This document shows positions 19,662-28,841 of a stretch of 64,000 bases of DNA, in pieces. Origin of the DNA: an uncultured Chloroflexia bacterium. GTDB taxonomy: Bacteria > Chloroflexota > Limnocylindria > Limnocylindrales > CSP1-4. Numbering within the stretch: position 1 is the stretch's first letter; each line of letters starts with the position of its first letter. The translations under genes were made by a program, and so were the position numbers. Where the stretch lies: positions 64,040 through 128,039 of the forward strand of contig CAWJHK010000001.1 of NCBI GenBank assembly GCA_963842695.1, given 5' to 3'. The notes beneath the pieces were generated by a model. It was given only the letters and a program-made list of their open reading frames with translations, ran no database searches and was not told where the DNA came from.

Positions 19662-20603
19662 ATGACGGACGCTCCGGACCAACCCATCGTCACGGTGGTC
19701 ACCGTCTGCCTGAATGCCGCGACGACCCTTGAAGCCTGCGTGGCCAGCGTCGCCGGCCAGACATACCCTCGGATCGAGTACATCGTGGTCGATGGCGGCT
19801 CGACCGACGGGACGGCGGCGATCCTGGAACGCCATCGCGCGTCCATCGATGTTCTCGTCACGGAGCCCGATCGCGGCATCTACGACGCGATGAACAAGGC
19901 CATCGCGCTCGCGAGCGGCGAATTCCTGTTGTTCATCAATGCGGACGACTTCATCGCCGAACGCGAGTCGGTCGAGGCGGCGATGGCGGAGATCGCCGGC
20001 CAGCCGGATGGCGACGTCTACTTCGGCTCGCTCCTCGTCCGCACGAAAGGCGGTACCCAGTTGAAAGTGTGGCCGCCGCCCGAGGACGCGGCCGAGGGGA
20101 TGGTCCTTGGGTCCCTGCCGCACCAGGCGACGTTCGCGCGCCGCGCCGTGTTCGCCCGCACCGGTCCCTTCGACCTTCGCTGGCGCCGCCACGCCGACTA
20201 CGACTGGTGGATGAAGGTCATCGGAGACCCGGCCATCAAGCTGCGTCAGATCCGTACCGTCGTGGCGTCGTATGCGCTCGGCGGCGCCTCCTCCGAGCTC
20301 GAGAAGGGGCAACCGGAGGTGTACGCCATCCAGAACGAAGCGCCCCTGTACAACACCCCGGAATGGGATCGGCGGCGTCTCGTGCTGTTTCAGAACGCCT
20401 ATCTCGCGGCCCGAATCGAGGTAGCGCGGCTCCGCGAGGTCGCCGCGCGCGGAGCTCCGGCCGGATCGGGCAGGAAGCCCGTGGCGACGGTGCGTGGCCG
20501 CCGCCTGCGGAGGTGGCTCGTCGCCCACCTCCCGGATCGGGCGGTCGTAGCTGTTCGCGCCGCGAAGCGGCGCGTTGGCCCGCGCCGCCGCCCCAGGTCC
20601 TGA
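19662..20603 (+). CDS. family 2 glycosyltransferase
   Basis: ORF 19575..20603 trimmed to ATG 19662. VTVCLNAATTLEACVASVAGQTYPRIEYIVVDGGSTDGT and INADD (DxD) define a GT-A fold. Confidence 0.85.
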   Translation: MTDAPDQPIVTVVTVCLNAATTLEACVASVAGQTYPRIEYIVVDGGSTDGTAAILERHRASIDVLVTEPDRGIYDAMNKAIALASGEFLLFINADDFIAERESVEAAMAEIAGQPDGDVYFGSLLVRTKGGTQLKVWPPPEDAAEGMVLGSLPHQATFARRAVFARTGPFDLRWRRHADYDWWMKVIGDPAIKLRQIRTVVASYALGGASSELEKGQPEVYAIQNEAPLYNTPEWDRRRLVLFQNAYLAARIEVARLREVAARGAPAGSGRKPVATVRGRRLRRWLVAHLPDRAVVAVRAAKRRVGPRRRPRS

Positions 20604-20628
20604 GGCCGGGACCGGGGACACCCTCCTG

Positions 20629-20634
20629 TATCCT
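20629..20634 (+). promoter_or_regulatory. -10-like hexamer TATCCT, 6 nt before the cmk ATG (leaderless arrangement)
   Basis: TATCCT-gcgccc-ATG(20641). The same TANNNT-N6-start geometry occurs at 22118, 29526, 36447(-) and 58473. Confidence 0.35.
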
Positions 20635-20640
20635 GCGCCC

Positions 20641-21381
20641 ATGGAGGATCCCCAGCCCCCGGCCCGGGTCGAGCTCGTCGTCGCCCTCGACGGGCCGGGC
20701 TCGTCCGGCAAGAGCAGCGTCGGTGCCGCTGCGGCGCTCGAGGTCGGCTACCGCTTCTGCGACACCGGGCTGCTCTACCGCGCGGTGACGTGGCTGGCGA
20801 TCGCCCGCAAGGTGTCGGCCGCCTATCCGCATGCCGTTCGCGGGCTGGTCGACGAGGTCGAGCTCGCCCCGGATGACGCCGGCCGGCTGTCGCGCGTGCC
20901 TCGTCGACGGTGTCGACCACACGGCAGATGTTCGCGGACCCGGCCGTCGACACCGCCGTGTCGGCGATCTCGGCGATCCCGGAGCTGCGTCTCGCGCTCC
21001 TCGACGCGGCAGCGCGCGCTGGCGTCGGTCGGCGGCATCGTCATGGCCGGCCGCGACATCGGCACGGTCGTCCTGCCGGATGCCGATCTGAAGATCTACC
21101 TCGAGGCGTCGCGTCGAGGAGCGGCGCGTCGCCGAACGGACGGGAGCGCGGCCTCGATCCGAACGGCACCGGAGGCCGCCGCGATCCTCGAGGCGCTGCG
21201 CCGCCGCGACGAGCTCGATTCGACGCGCGCCGTCGCGCCGCTCCGCGCCGCCGACGACGCGCGGATCATCTCGACCGACGGCAACGAGTTCGAGGACACG
21301 GTCGACGCCGTCGTCGGTGCGATCCGCGACGCCGAGGCGCGGCGAGCCGCCGAAGCGGAACCGACGCGCGCCGGCGCATGA
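20641..21381 (+). pseudogene. cmk: cytidylate kinase, six apparent 1-nt insertions
   Basis: P-loop LDGPGSSGKSS, then GIVMAGRDIGTVVLPDADLKIYLEAS and RRRDELDSTRAVAPLRAADDA. The conserved sequence hops frame 1>2>0>1>2>0>1 near 20899, 20937, 21009, 21110, 21140 and 21169. Confidence 0.85.
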
Positions 21382-22095
21382 CCGACGACGCTCCCATCGA
21401 GGGCTCGATCAGCCCGCTGCTCACGACGCTGACGTTCACGGGCGGGCTCTTCGCCCGGGCGATGAGCCGGGTCCGGATCGAGGGTGCGATCGACGAGCTG
21501 CCGAAGGACGGACCGCTCATCCTCGCCGCCAACCACGCCTCGAACCTGGACGCGATCGTGCATCGGCGCGTGGCTGATCCCGAAGCTCGGCCGGCGCATC
21601 CACTGGCTCGGCAAGAAGGAGCTGTTCGACGTGGCCGATCGTCGGCTGGGTGGCGACCAACGGCGGCGTCCACCCGGTCGACCGCGGCGCGGCCGACCTC
21701 GAGGCGTTCCGTCTCGCGCGGCGGATCCTCGACGAGGGCCAGGTGCTGTTCGTCTTCCCCGAGGGCACGCGCAGCCCGGACGGCAGGCTCCAGGCCGCCC
21801 AGGACGGGGTCGCGTCGCTCGCCCTGCGGACCGGCGCGCCGATCGTGCCGCTCGGCATCGCCGGCTCGAACAGGGTCTGGCCGCGCGGCCAGAAGCTCCC
21901 GCACCCGGGTGGCCACGTGACGGTCCGCGTCGGGCGCCCGTTCCGCCTCGACGAGGTGCTGCCCGCGGACGTCGAGCGCCGCACGGCGAAGAGCCTCGCG
22001 ACGACGCTGATCATGAAGCGGATCGCGGAGCTGCTGCCGCCGTCCCAACGGGGTCAGTACGCGACGCAAACGGCCGCCGAGGTCGGTCGCCGTAG
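21378..22095 (+). pseudogene. plsC: 1-acyl-sn-glycerol-3-phosphate acyltransferase, frameshifted; 3' end unresolved
   Basis: ILAANHASNLDAIV (HxxxxD box, frame 0), [24 protein letters not shown] (frame 1), [16 protein letters not shown] (frame 2). Shifts near 21561 and 21634. There is no stop in frame 2 before ispH. The nearest stop is TAG 22093 in frame 1. Confidence 0.8.
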
Positions 22096-22117
22096 CGGGT
22101 CCGCGGGGACCCCGTGC

Positions 22118-22123
22118 GATAAT
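22118..22123 (+). promoter_or_regulatory. -10-like hexamer GATAAT, 6 nt before the ispH GTG (leaderless arrangement)
   Basis: GATAAT-cggtcc-GTG(22130). Confidence 0.35.
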
Positions 22124-22129
22124 CGGTCC

Positions 22130-23123
22130 GTGGGAATCGTCGAAGAAGTCCGCATCGCGAAGCGCACCGGCTTCTGCTACGGCGTGCGCGAGGCGATCGA
22201 CAAGGCCAAGGAATCGTCGGCCGCCGGCAAGGTGACGCACACCCTCGGCCAGGTCGTCCACAACGAGGGCGTCGTCGCGCGATCTCCAGGATCTCGGCAT
22301 CCAGACGGTCGAGACGCTCGACGACGTCGACCACGGCGCGGCCGTCGTCATCCGCGCCCACGGCGTTCGCCCGGACGTGATGGAACGCGCCGAGCAGCGC
22401 GGCCTCGAGGTCATCGACGGCACCTGCACCTGGGTCATCCAGGAGCACCGCGAGCTGACCAGGCTGGTCGAGGACGGCTACACGATCGTGCTGCTCGGGA
22501 CGCCGAAGCACGCCGAGGTCGTCGGCATGCTCGGGTTCGCGCCCGATGCGATCGTCGTCGACGAGGAGGAGGAATGGGAGGCCGCGATCCCTCGCAAGAA
22601 GCGGATGGCGCTGATCAGCCAGTCGACGCAGCCGCCCTGGAAGTTCGAGAAGCTCGCTGCGTTCATGGTCTCGCGTGCTCACGAGCTCAAGATCGTCAAC
22701 ACGGTCTGTCCGGTCACGATCCGTCGCCAGGAGGACACGCTCGAGACCGCCGGCGAGGTCGACCTGATGGTCGTCGTCGGCGGGCGGTCGAGCGCGAACA
22801 CCAAGGAGCTGACCCGGCTGTGCGAGATCGCCGGCACGGCCGCGATCCAGATCGAGAGCGTCCGCGACCTGACCGACCCCGACGTGTTCGCGGACGCGCG
22901 GGTCGTCGGCGTGACCGGCGGCACGTCGACCCCGATCGAGGACCTGCGCGACGTGGCCGAGCGGATCCTCGAGCATCGCCGGGACGTCCGACGGCGAGCG
23001 CTCACGCCGCCGAGCTCGCGCACGCCGCGCTCGAGCGAGCCGCCACGCCGGCCGGCCGGACCACGTCCCTTGCCGACGCCCCCGAGGACCGGAACCCAGG
23101 TCGCCACGCCCGGCGCGGCCTGA
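22130..23123 (+). pseudogene. ispH: 4-hydroxy-3-methylbut-2-enyl diphosphate reductase, frameshifted
   Basis: [26 protein letters not shown]...HNEGVV is in frame 2. It continues [11 protein letters not shown]...VIRAHGV...GTCTWV...VCPVTIRRQ...[14 protein letters not shown] in frame 0 (ORF 22377..23123). Shift near 22279. The C-terminus after about 22970 looks out of frame again. Confidence 0.85.
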
Positions 23124-23126
23124 CTC

Positions 23127-24767
23127 GTGGCAACGCCACCGCCGGCATCCCCGTCGTCGCCATCGTCGGCCGACCGAACGTCGGCAAGAGCACGCTCTTC
23201 AACCGGTTCCTCGGCCAGCGGTCGGCGATCGTCGAGGATCGCGCGCGGACGACGCGCGACCGGCTGTACGGCGACACCGAGTGGAACGGCCGTCGGTTCG
23301 TGATCGTCGACACCGGCGGGCTCGAAGCTCGACCCCGACGATCCGATCGAGGCACGGGTCCAGGAGCAGGCCCGCCTGGCGATCGCCGAGGCGGACACGA
23401 TCGTCTTCGTGGTCGACGCGATGACCGGCATCACGCCGGCCGACCTCGAGGCGGCCCGGATCCTGCGGCGGGCCACGGCACCGGTGATCGTCGCGGTCAA
23501 CAAGGCCGACAACGAGAAGCGCGAGCTCGAGGCGGCCGAGTTCCACGCGCTCGGCTGGGAGGAGACCTACGCGATCTCCGCGTCGCACGGGCGCGGGACC
23601 GGCGACCTGCTCGACGCGATCGTGTGGGCGCTGCCGCCCGAGAGCGACGCGGAACGAGCGCGCAAGGAACGCGAGGCCGAGGCCGAGGCGTGGGCCTCCG
23701 AGGTCGCGGCCGGACACCTCGAGCCGTTCGTCGTCGGCGATCCCGAGGCCGGCGACGAAGCCGACGGCACCGAAGGCCCGGACCTCGATGGCGTCGACGC
23801 CGAGGCCGCCCGCTGGGACGCGGCGATGGCCGCCGAGAAGGACGGCGAGCCGGCCGCGATCGCGTTCGTCGGGCGCCCGAACGTCGGCAAGTCGAGCCTG
23901 CTCAACGCCCTGCTCGGCGAGGAACGGGCGATCGTCTCGGACGTCCCGGGCACGACGCGCGACGCGATCGACACGCGGCTGGCCTGGGGCCGCAGCGAGG
24001 TCGTGCTGATCGACACGGCCGGGATCCGGCGGCGCGGCAAGGTCGCATCGGGGCCGGCGGCGGAGCGCTACTCGACGCTCCGCGCGCTCCACGCCCTGTC
24101 GCGGGCCGACGTCGCCGTCCTCGTGATCGACGCCGTGGAGGGCCTGACCGCGCAGGACGCCCACGTCGCGGGCTACGTCGTCGAGGAGGGGAAGGGCCTC
24201 GTCGTCGCGGTCAACAAGTGGGACCTCGTCGCCGAGAAGACCGATCGGACGTTCGACCAGTACGTCGAGTGGATCCGCAACGAGGTGCCGTTCCTCGACT
24301 TCGCGCCGATCGTGTCGATCAGCGCCAAGACCGGCCAGCGCGTCGGGCGCGTGCTCGAGGCCGCCATCGACATCTGGGGCGAGCGGCGCAAGCGGATCCC
24401 GACCGGCGAGCTCAACCGCGTCCTGAGCGCCGCGACCGAGCGGACGCCGCCGCCGCCGGTCCGCGGCCACCGGCCGAAGCTGTTCTACGCGACGCAGGCG
24501 GCCGTCGCGCCGCCGACGTTCGTGTTCTTCGCCTCGGACGCATCGGCGGTGCACTTCAGCTACCGGCGCTACCTCGAGAACCGGCTGCGCGAGCAGTTCG
24601 GCTTCGACGGGACGCCGATCCGGCTCGTCTTCCGCGACCGCTCGTCGGTCAAGCTGCCGCGCCGCAAGAAGTCGCGAAGCGGGACGCCGAAGACCGCCGC
24701 GGCCAAGGGCAAGGCGCCCGCCGCGCAAGCCCACACCCGCCGACGCGGGCACGCAAGAGCGCGCTGA
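23127..24767 (+). pseudogene. der: ribosome-associated GTPase Der (EngA), frameshifted near the 5' end
   Basis: First G domain [21 protein letters not shown]...VIVDTGGLE is in frame 2. It continues [23 protein letters not shown]..., with the second G domain [16 protein letters not shown] and the KH-like end in frame 0 (ORF 23409..24767). Shift near 23326. Start unresolved (GTG 23127 is in frame 0). Confidence 0.85.
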
Positions 24768-25910
24768 TGGCCGGCCCGCGCGTCGCGGTCGTCGGGGCCG
24801 GCGCATGGGGCACGACGCTGGCGCGGCTGGTCGCCCGCGTCGAGCCGGTCACGCTCCTGTGCCACTCCCCGGAGACGGCGGCACGGATCGCGGCGACCGG
24901 ACGCAACGAGGCGCGGCTGCCGGGCGTCGACCTGCCGCCGACGGTCGACGCGACCGCCGATCCGGCGGCGCTGCGCGACGCGACCGATCTCGTCGTCTTC
25001 GCCGCGCCGTCGGCGCACCTCCGCGCCGACGGTCGAGGCGCGCCGCGCCCCATCTCGCTCCCGAGCGCCGACCTGCTGTCGGTGGTCAAGGGTCTCGAGC
25101 GCGACACGCTGCTGCGCATGAGCGAGGTCATCGCCGAGGCCGCCGGCAGTGCCGATCGGACGGGTCGCTGCGCTGTCCGGCCCGAACCTGGCGGCCGAGG
25201 TCGCGCGCAACCTGCCGGCGTCGGCGGTCGTCGCCGCCGCGGATCTGGCGCTCGCCGAGCGGATCGTCGCGCGGCTCGGCCCGCGCGCGGTTCCGGCTGT
25301 ACGTCAACGAGGACATCCTCGGCGTCGAGCTGTGCGGCGCGCTGAAGAACGTGGTCGCGATCGCGGCCGGGGCGACCGATGCACTCGGCTTCGGCGACAA
25401 CGGCAAGGCCGGACTGCTCACCCGCGGCCTCGCCGAGATGACCCGCCTCGGGATCGCCGCCGGCGCGAACCCGCTGACCTTCGCCGGGCTGGCCGGGATG
25501 GGCGACCTGATCGCGACCTGCGGCTCGAACCTGTCGCGCAACCACCGACTCGGGGTGGAGCTGGCCGGCGGGCCGCACGTGGCCGGAGATCGAGGCGACG
25601 CTGCCGGGCACCGCCGAGGGCGCCTACACGGTGCGGGCCGCCCTCGCGCTGGCCGAGCGCTACGGCGTCGAGCTGCCGATCGCCCGCGCAGGTCGAGCTC
25701 GCGCTGTTCGAGGGCAAGAGCGTCCAGCGCTGCCTCGTCGACCTGCTCGCCCGCGAGTCCAAGGACGAGCTCGCGGACTACGACCGCTGGATGGCCCGGC
25801 TCGTCCGGAGCGGCGGTCAGGACGCGTCGGCCCGGTCTCGCGGGGCGGCGGCAGCGGTCCGCGGAGCGCCACGTAGGGCGGGTTGTAGACGTAGCCGAGC
25901 GACTCGTTGA
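24767..25910 (+). pseudogene. gpsA: NAD(P)H-dependent glycerol-3-phosphate dehydrogenase, four apparent 1-nt insertions
   Basis: [14 protein letters not shown] (frame 2), [14 protein letters not shown] (frame 0), [27 protein letters not shown] (frame 1), [19 protein letters not shown] (frame 2), [23 protein letters not shown] (frame 0). Shifts near 25148, 25290, 25573 and 25689. The stop is probably over-extended. Confidence 0.85.
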
Positions 25911-26762
25911 GCCCGCGGATGCGCTCGTTGGTGCCGTCGTTGTAGGTCTCGATCCGGCGGATCCCGGCGGCGCGCGCGCGACGCTCGAGCTCGACCTTGA
26001 GCAGTCGCGCGATCCCGCGACGACGGGCGTCGGGGTGGACGGCGGTCATCCCGATGAAGATCACGTCGTCACCGTTGTCGAAGACCTCGACCGCCCCGAG
26101 CAGCGGTCCGTCCTCGATCGCCAGCAGGCTGAGGTCCGCGAGATAGCCCGCGTCGGCGGAGCCGGTCTCCTGCCACGTCTCGAACGACGGGATCGGCTGC
26201 GAGGCGAGGAACGGGATCTCGTGGTGGGTGAGCCGATGGATCTCGTAGAGGTCGCGCTCGAGGTCCATCCGCTCGGCCATCGTCACGACCGTGATCGCCG
26301 TCGATGGGCGGGATGCCGCGGTCCGGCGCGGGTCCGGTCAGGTCCAGCTTCCCGAGCTGTCCGCCACCGTCGATCGCGAGCCCGCGGCCGCTCGACGAAC
26401 GCGATCGCATCCGCGTCGTCGGCGTAGACCAGCGTGGTCATGCGCTCCATGCCGCGTCGCGGGCGAACGCCACCAGGCGGTCGAGGAGGCTACCACCGAT
26501 GCCCCGGTGGCGATGCTCGGGCGGGACCCAGGCGAAGATGAAGACGTTCCGCGACTCGACGCCGATCGGCCCCCAGGCGACGCTGCCCGCGCCGACGTCG
26601 ACGCCGTCGGCCTCGGCCAGCAGGTCGAGCGTCGCGACCGATCCGCGCGCGTTCGGCGCGGAGGCCCGCCAGGCGTCAGCGGCTCGGCTCGATGCTGTTG
26701 CGGACGGCGAGCACCCGCTCGAGGTCCGCGTCGGTCGTCGCCTCGCGGATCGTGACGTCCAT
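25660..26762 (-). pseudogene. tandem-GNAT N-acetyltransferase, at least 5 apparent 1-nt insertions; 3' end uncertain
   Basis: Three ORF-track pieces join into one protein: MDVTIREATTDADLERVLAVRNSIEPS / ...FIFAWVPPEHRHRGIGGSLLDRLVAFARDA / [21 protein letters not shown] / [17 protein letters not shown] / [20 protein letters not shown]...[19 protein letters not shown]... Shifts near 26678, 26452 (x2), 26388 and 26297. The tail overlaps gpsA. Confidence 0.7.
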
Positions 26763-26809
26763 GCCGGCAGGATAGCCGGGCGCCATGGCCGGTCGCGGTC
26801 CGCCGGTGC

Positions 26810-26815
26810 TAGACT
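26810..26815 (+). promoter_or_regulatory. -10-like hexamer TAGACT, 7 nt upstream of the tRNA-Pro 5' end
   Basis: TAGACT-cgcccga-C(26823). A transcript would start at or next to the mature 5' end. Confidence 0.3.
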
Positions 26816-26822
26816 CGCCCGA

Positions 26823-26899
26823 CGGGGCGTGGCGCAGTCTGGTAGCGCACCAGTCTGGGGGACTGGTGGTCGTGGGTTCGAATCCCGCCGCCCCGACCA
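26823..26899 (+). tRNA. tRNA-Pro, anticodon GGG
   Basis: Hand-folded cloverleaf, 77 nt. Acceptor CGGGGCG/CGCCCCG, D arm GCGC-AGTCTGGTA-GCGC, anticodon arm CCAGT-CTGGGGG-ACTGG (GGG at 26857-26859), variable TGGTC, T arm GTGGG-TTCGAAT-CCCGC. Discriminator A and encoded CCA. Confidence 0.95.
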
Positions 26900-26911
26900 G
26901 ACATCAAGCAC

Positions 26912-26940
26912 GAAACCGGCCTTCGGGCCGGTTTTCGTTT
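26912..26940 (+). terminator. intrinsic terminator after tRNA-Pro
   Basis: GAAACCGGCC-TTCG-GGCCGGTTTT followed by CGTTT. A 10-bp stem (9 Watson-Crick pairs plus one G-U) with tetraloop and T tract. Confidence 0.8.
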
Positions 26941-27157
26941 GTCGGGTGATCGCAGTGTTGACCGCAGTTCCGGTCTGGACGGCGGCTTCGTCCGGTGCCA
27001 TGCGGCGCAGCGGACCAAGGACTTGGCCGGGCAACTTGAGAGACTCGCCGCCCTCCACGCCGAAGGCCGCCTCAGCGACGCCGAATTCACCTCCGCGAAA
27101 GCTGGAGCGCTCGGTCTCGGGTCGCCGGCTTCAGGCTCGGCGACTGGACGGAGCTAG
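26939..27157 (+). CDS. orphan SHOCT-motif ORF (possibly a gene remnant)
   Basis: The only recognisable part is LAGQLERLAALHAEGRLSDAEFTSAKAGAL (SHOCT-like). The ORF-track TTG start sits inside the terminator T tract, so the real start, if any, is unclear. Confidence 0.3.
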   Translation: MSGDRSVDRSSGLDGGFVRCHAAQRTKDLAGQLERLAALHAEGRLSDAEFTSAKAGALGLGSPASGSATGRS

Positions 27158-27288
27158 GGCATGTAGGAGCGGCTTGAATGCCAGAGCGAAGAGGCCGAGG
27201 GCCCGGCTCCGGCGCCGTCGACACGTCCGACCGTGGCCGCATTCGCTCGCCCTTCTCAAGACTGCGGGACGCGTATGCTTCTGCGGCG

Positions 27289-27984
27289 ATGAAGGCGCAG
27301 TACCCTATCCGTGAGCGCACGTCCGAGGCTCGGATAGACAGACGCTGGGAGATCTGGCGCTCCGCCGCGCCGCTGTTCGAGCGCGAGGGCTACCGGGGCG
27401 TATCGATCGAACAGCTCGCCCACGCGTCCGCCCTCAGCCCGGGAGGCCTGTACCACTACTTCCCTGGTAAGGCCGCCATCGCCCTGTTCCCGCTGTCTCA
27501 CGCCAACGGCCTGTGCCGCCGCTGGTACGCGATCGCGGCGGCGTTGCCAAGGGATCCGTTTGTTCGCCTGCACGCCCTCATCGGCTTCGCCGTGACGTTC
27601 GCGGATTCCTGGCGCCTCGCCCTGGACCTGGCCGGCCAGATGTCGGCCGACCCGCTGACGGCCGGACCGGCCGCGAGGCTGCTTGCCGAGGCCCGCCGTG
27701 ACTTCGCGGAGATTGCCGAGAGCGTCGATCCCACGATCACCTTGACGGATGTCGGCGATCTCTACGAGGCGTTCGTCGGGATCCTCGTGACGGACCTTCC
27801 GGGGTTCGACCGAAGCTCGGACAGTCTCCGACGCCGGCTGACGGATGCCGTTCGCGGCTGGCTCACCCGCCGAGGCGCCGATCCACAGCGGTTCGACCGG
27901 GCGGGCTGGGGCGAGAGCCACACCAATTACGAGCGGACCCCTACGTCGACCGGCGCGGGAACGGCCTCGGCCGGACCGCTGTAG
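27289..27984 (+). CDS. TetR/AcrR-family transcriptional regulator
   Basis: ORF 27178..27984 trimmed to ATG 27289. HTH region WEIWRSAAPLFEREGYRGVSIEQLAHASALSPGGLYHYFPGK. Confidence 0.85.
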   Translation: MKAQYPIRERTSEARIDRRWEIWRSAAPLFEREGYRGVSIEQLAHASALSPGGLYHYFPGKAAIALFPLSHANGLCRRWYAIAAALPRDPFVRLHALIGFAVTFADSWRLALDLAGQMSADPLTAGPAARLLAEARRDFAEIAESVDPTITLTDVGDLYEAFVGILVTDLPGFDRSSDSLRRRLTDAVRGWLTRRGADPQRFDRAGWGESHTNYERTPTSTGAGTASAGPL

Positions 27985-28538
27985 CGCTCGTAGCGGCCGC
28001 GGTAGCCTCGAAGCTTGGCCACGGGGGCCAGGGCGAACGACAGCGGCGTTACGATCCAGTTGAGCGGAGGCGGAAAGCCGATCTCTCGACGGTAGTCGCG
28101 GGCGATCACCATCAGCTGCAGGACGCTGCTGGGCAGGCCCTTCCCGTTGAACCGGCCGTCCGCGGCGAGCCCGAACCAGTTCTCGAAGAACGTCTCCGTA
28201 TCGAGAGCGGGCAGGAACTCCATGAGGACGTGCGCCTCCCGCTGCCCAGGGTTCCACCACACGTGCGGCGCCCCGGCCGGCACGACCGCCGTTTCGCCGG
28301 GCTGGTAGGTCCGCTCGACCCCGCGAATCTTGAAGACCAGGGGCTCATCACGGACCGCGAATCTCTCCTCCTGGTTCGGATGCACATGGGGCGCCGCAAC
28401 GAACCCCCCGGGTGCCATGAAGTGCTGCATCTGGAGCAGAGCGCCACCCGTGTCACGCGACCGTTTGAGGAACACGATCCGTTCGCCCGTGATCGGGTGA
28501 ACGAGGGGGTTGTCGGGAGTTCCTCGCCTCGTCGTCAT
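27927..28538 (-). CDS. cupin-domain protein
   Basis: ORF trimmed to ATG 28538, which has AGGAG upstream. Cupin motifs PHVHPNQEERFAV and GETAVVPAGAPHVWWN. Convergent with the TetR gene, with a 58-nt overlap. Confidence 0.8.
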   Translation of the reverse strand: MTTRRGTPDNPLVHPITGERIVFLKRSRDTGGALLQMQHFMAPGGFVAAPHVHPNQEERFAVRDEPLVFKIRGVERTYQPGETAVVPAGAPHVWWNPGQREAHVLMEFLPALDTETFFENWFGLAADGRFNGKGLPSSVLQLMVIARDYRREIGFPPPLNWIVTPLSFALAPVAKLRGYRGRYERYSGPAEAVPAPVDVGVRS

Positions 28539-28841
28539 CGTCGGTCTCCTTGCACGTCGGACCGAAGCCTGACGTGGCAAACACCGAATGGCCCACCGAT
28601 TCCTTCGATACGTGGCGCGCCTCGCGCGGCCTAACCCCTCGAGGGCGGCCGGGTTGGATGGGTCCAGGCTAGCGTCCGCCGAGCGAGCTAAGTCGGCGAT
28701 AGGCGCCGCCGTCTAGGCTGACGCGACCCCGGCTCCGGTCCCAGACTCGCGATCCCGCCGGGAGGGCGGCCAACCTGTCCGGGTCGACCGGGTACGGTGG
28801 GGTCAACCGAAACCCGGGGATAGCCGCTCAGGGGTAGTCCC

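Noticed and set aside
21650-25345. 1231-aa ORF, the longest in the window
   Set aside because: It is a chimera. Frame 2 happens to lack stops across plsC, ispH, der and gpsA. Only short stretches of it match real proteins, and the rest is Arg/Gly/Pro-rich wrong-frame translation.
25660-25910. 250-nt convergent overlap of gpsA and the GNAT gene
   Set aside because: Both 3' ends are probably over-extended, because frames are scrambled by the insertions and stops are rare. It is not a genuine antisense overlap.
26855-26861. Idea that the adjacent tRNA-Pro(GGG) is a sufA/sufB-type +1 frameshift suppressor decoding the many +1 sites
   Set aside because: The anticodon loop is a normal 7 nt (CTGGGGG), not 8. 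None of the shift sites has a CCC-N or any other shared slippery context. The only oddity is a possible C32-G38 pair.
28735-28777. Repeat copies A and B as att sites derived from the tRNA-Pro 3' end (TCGAATCCCGCC versus TCGCGATCCCGCC)
   Set aside because: The similarity is limited to about 10 nt of GC-rich sequence and is not an exact duplication. No integrase is present.
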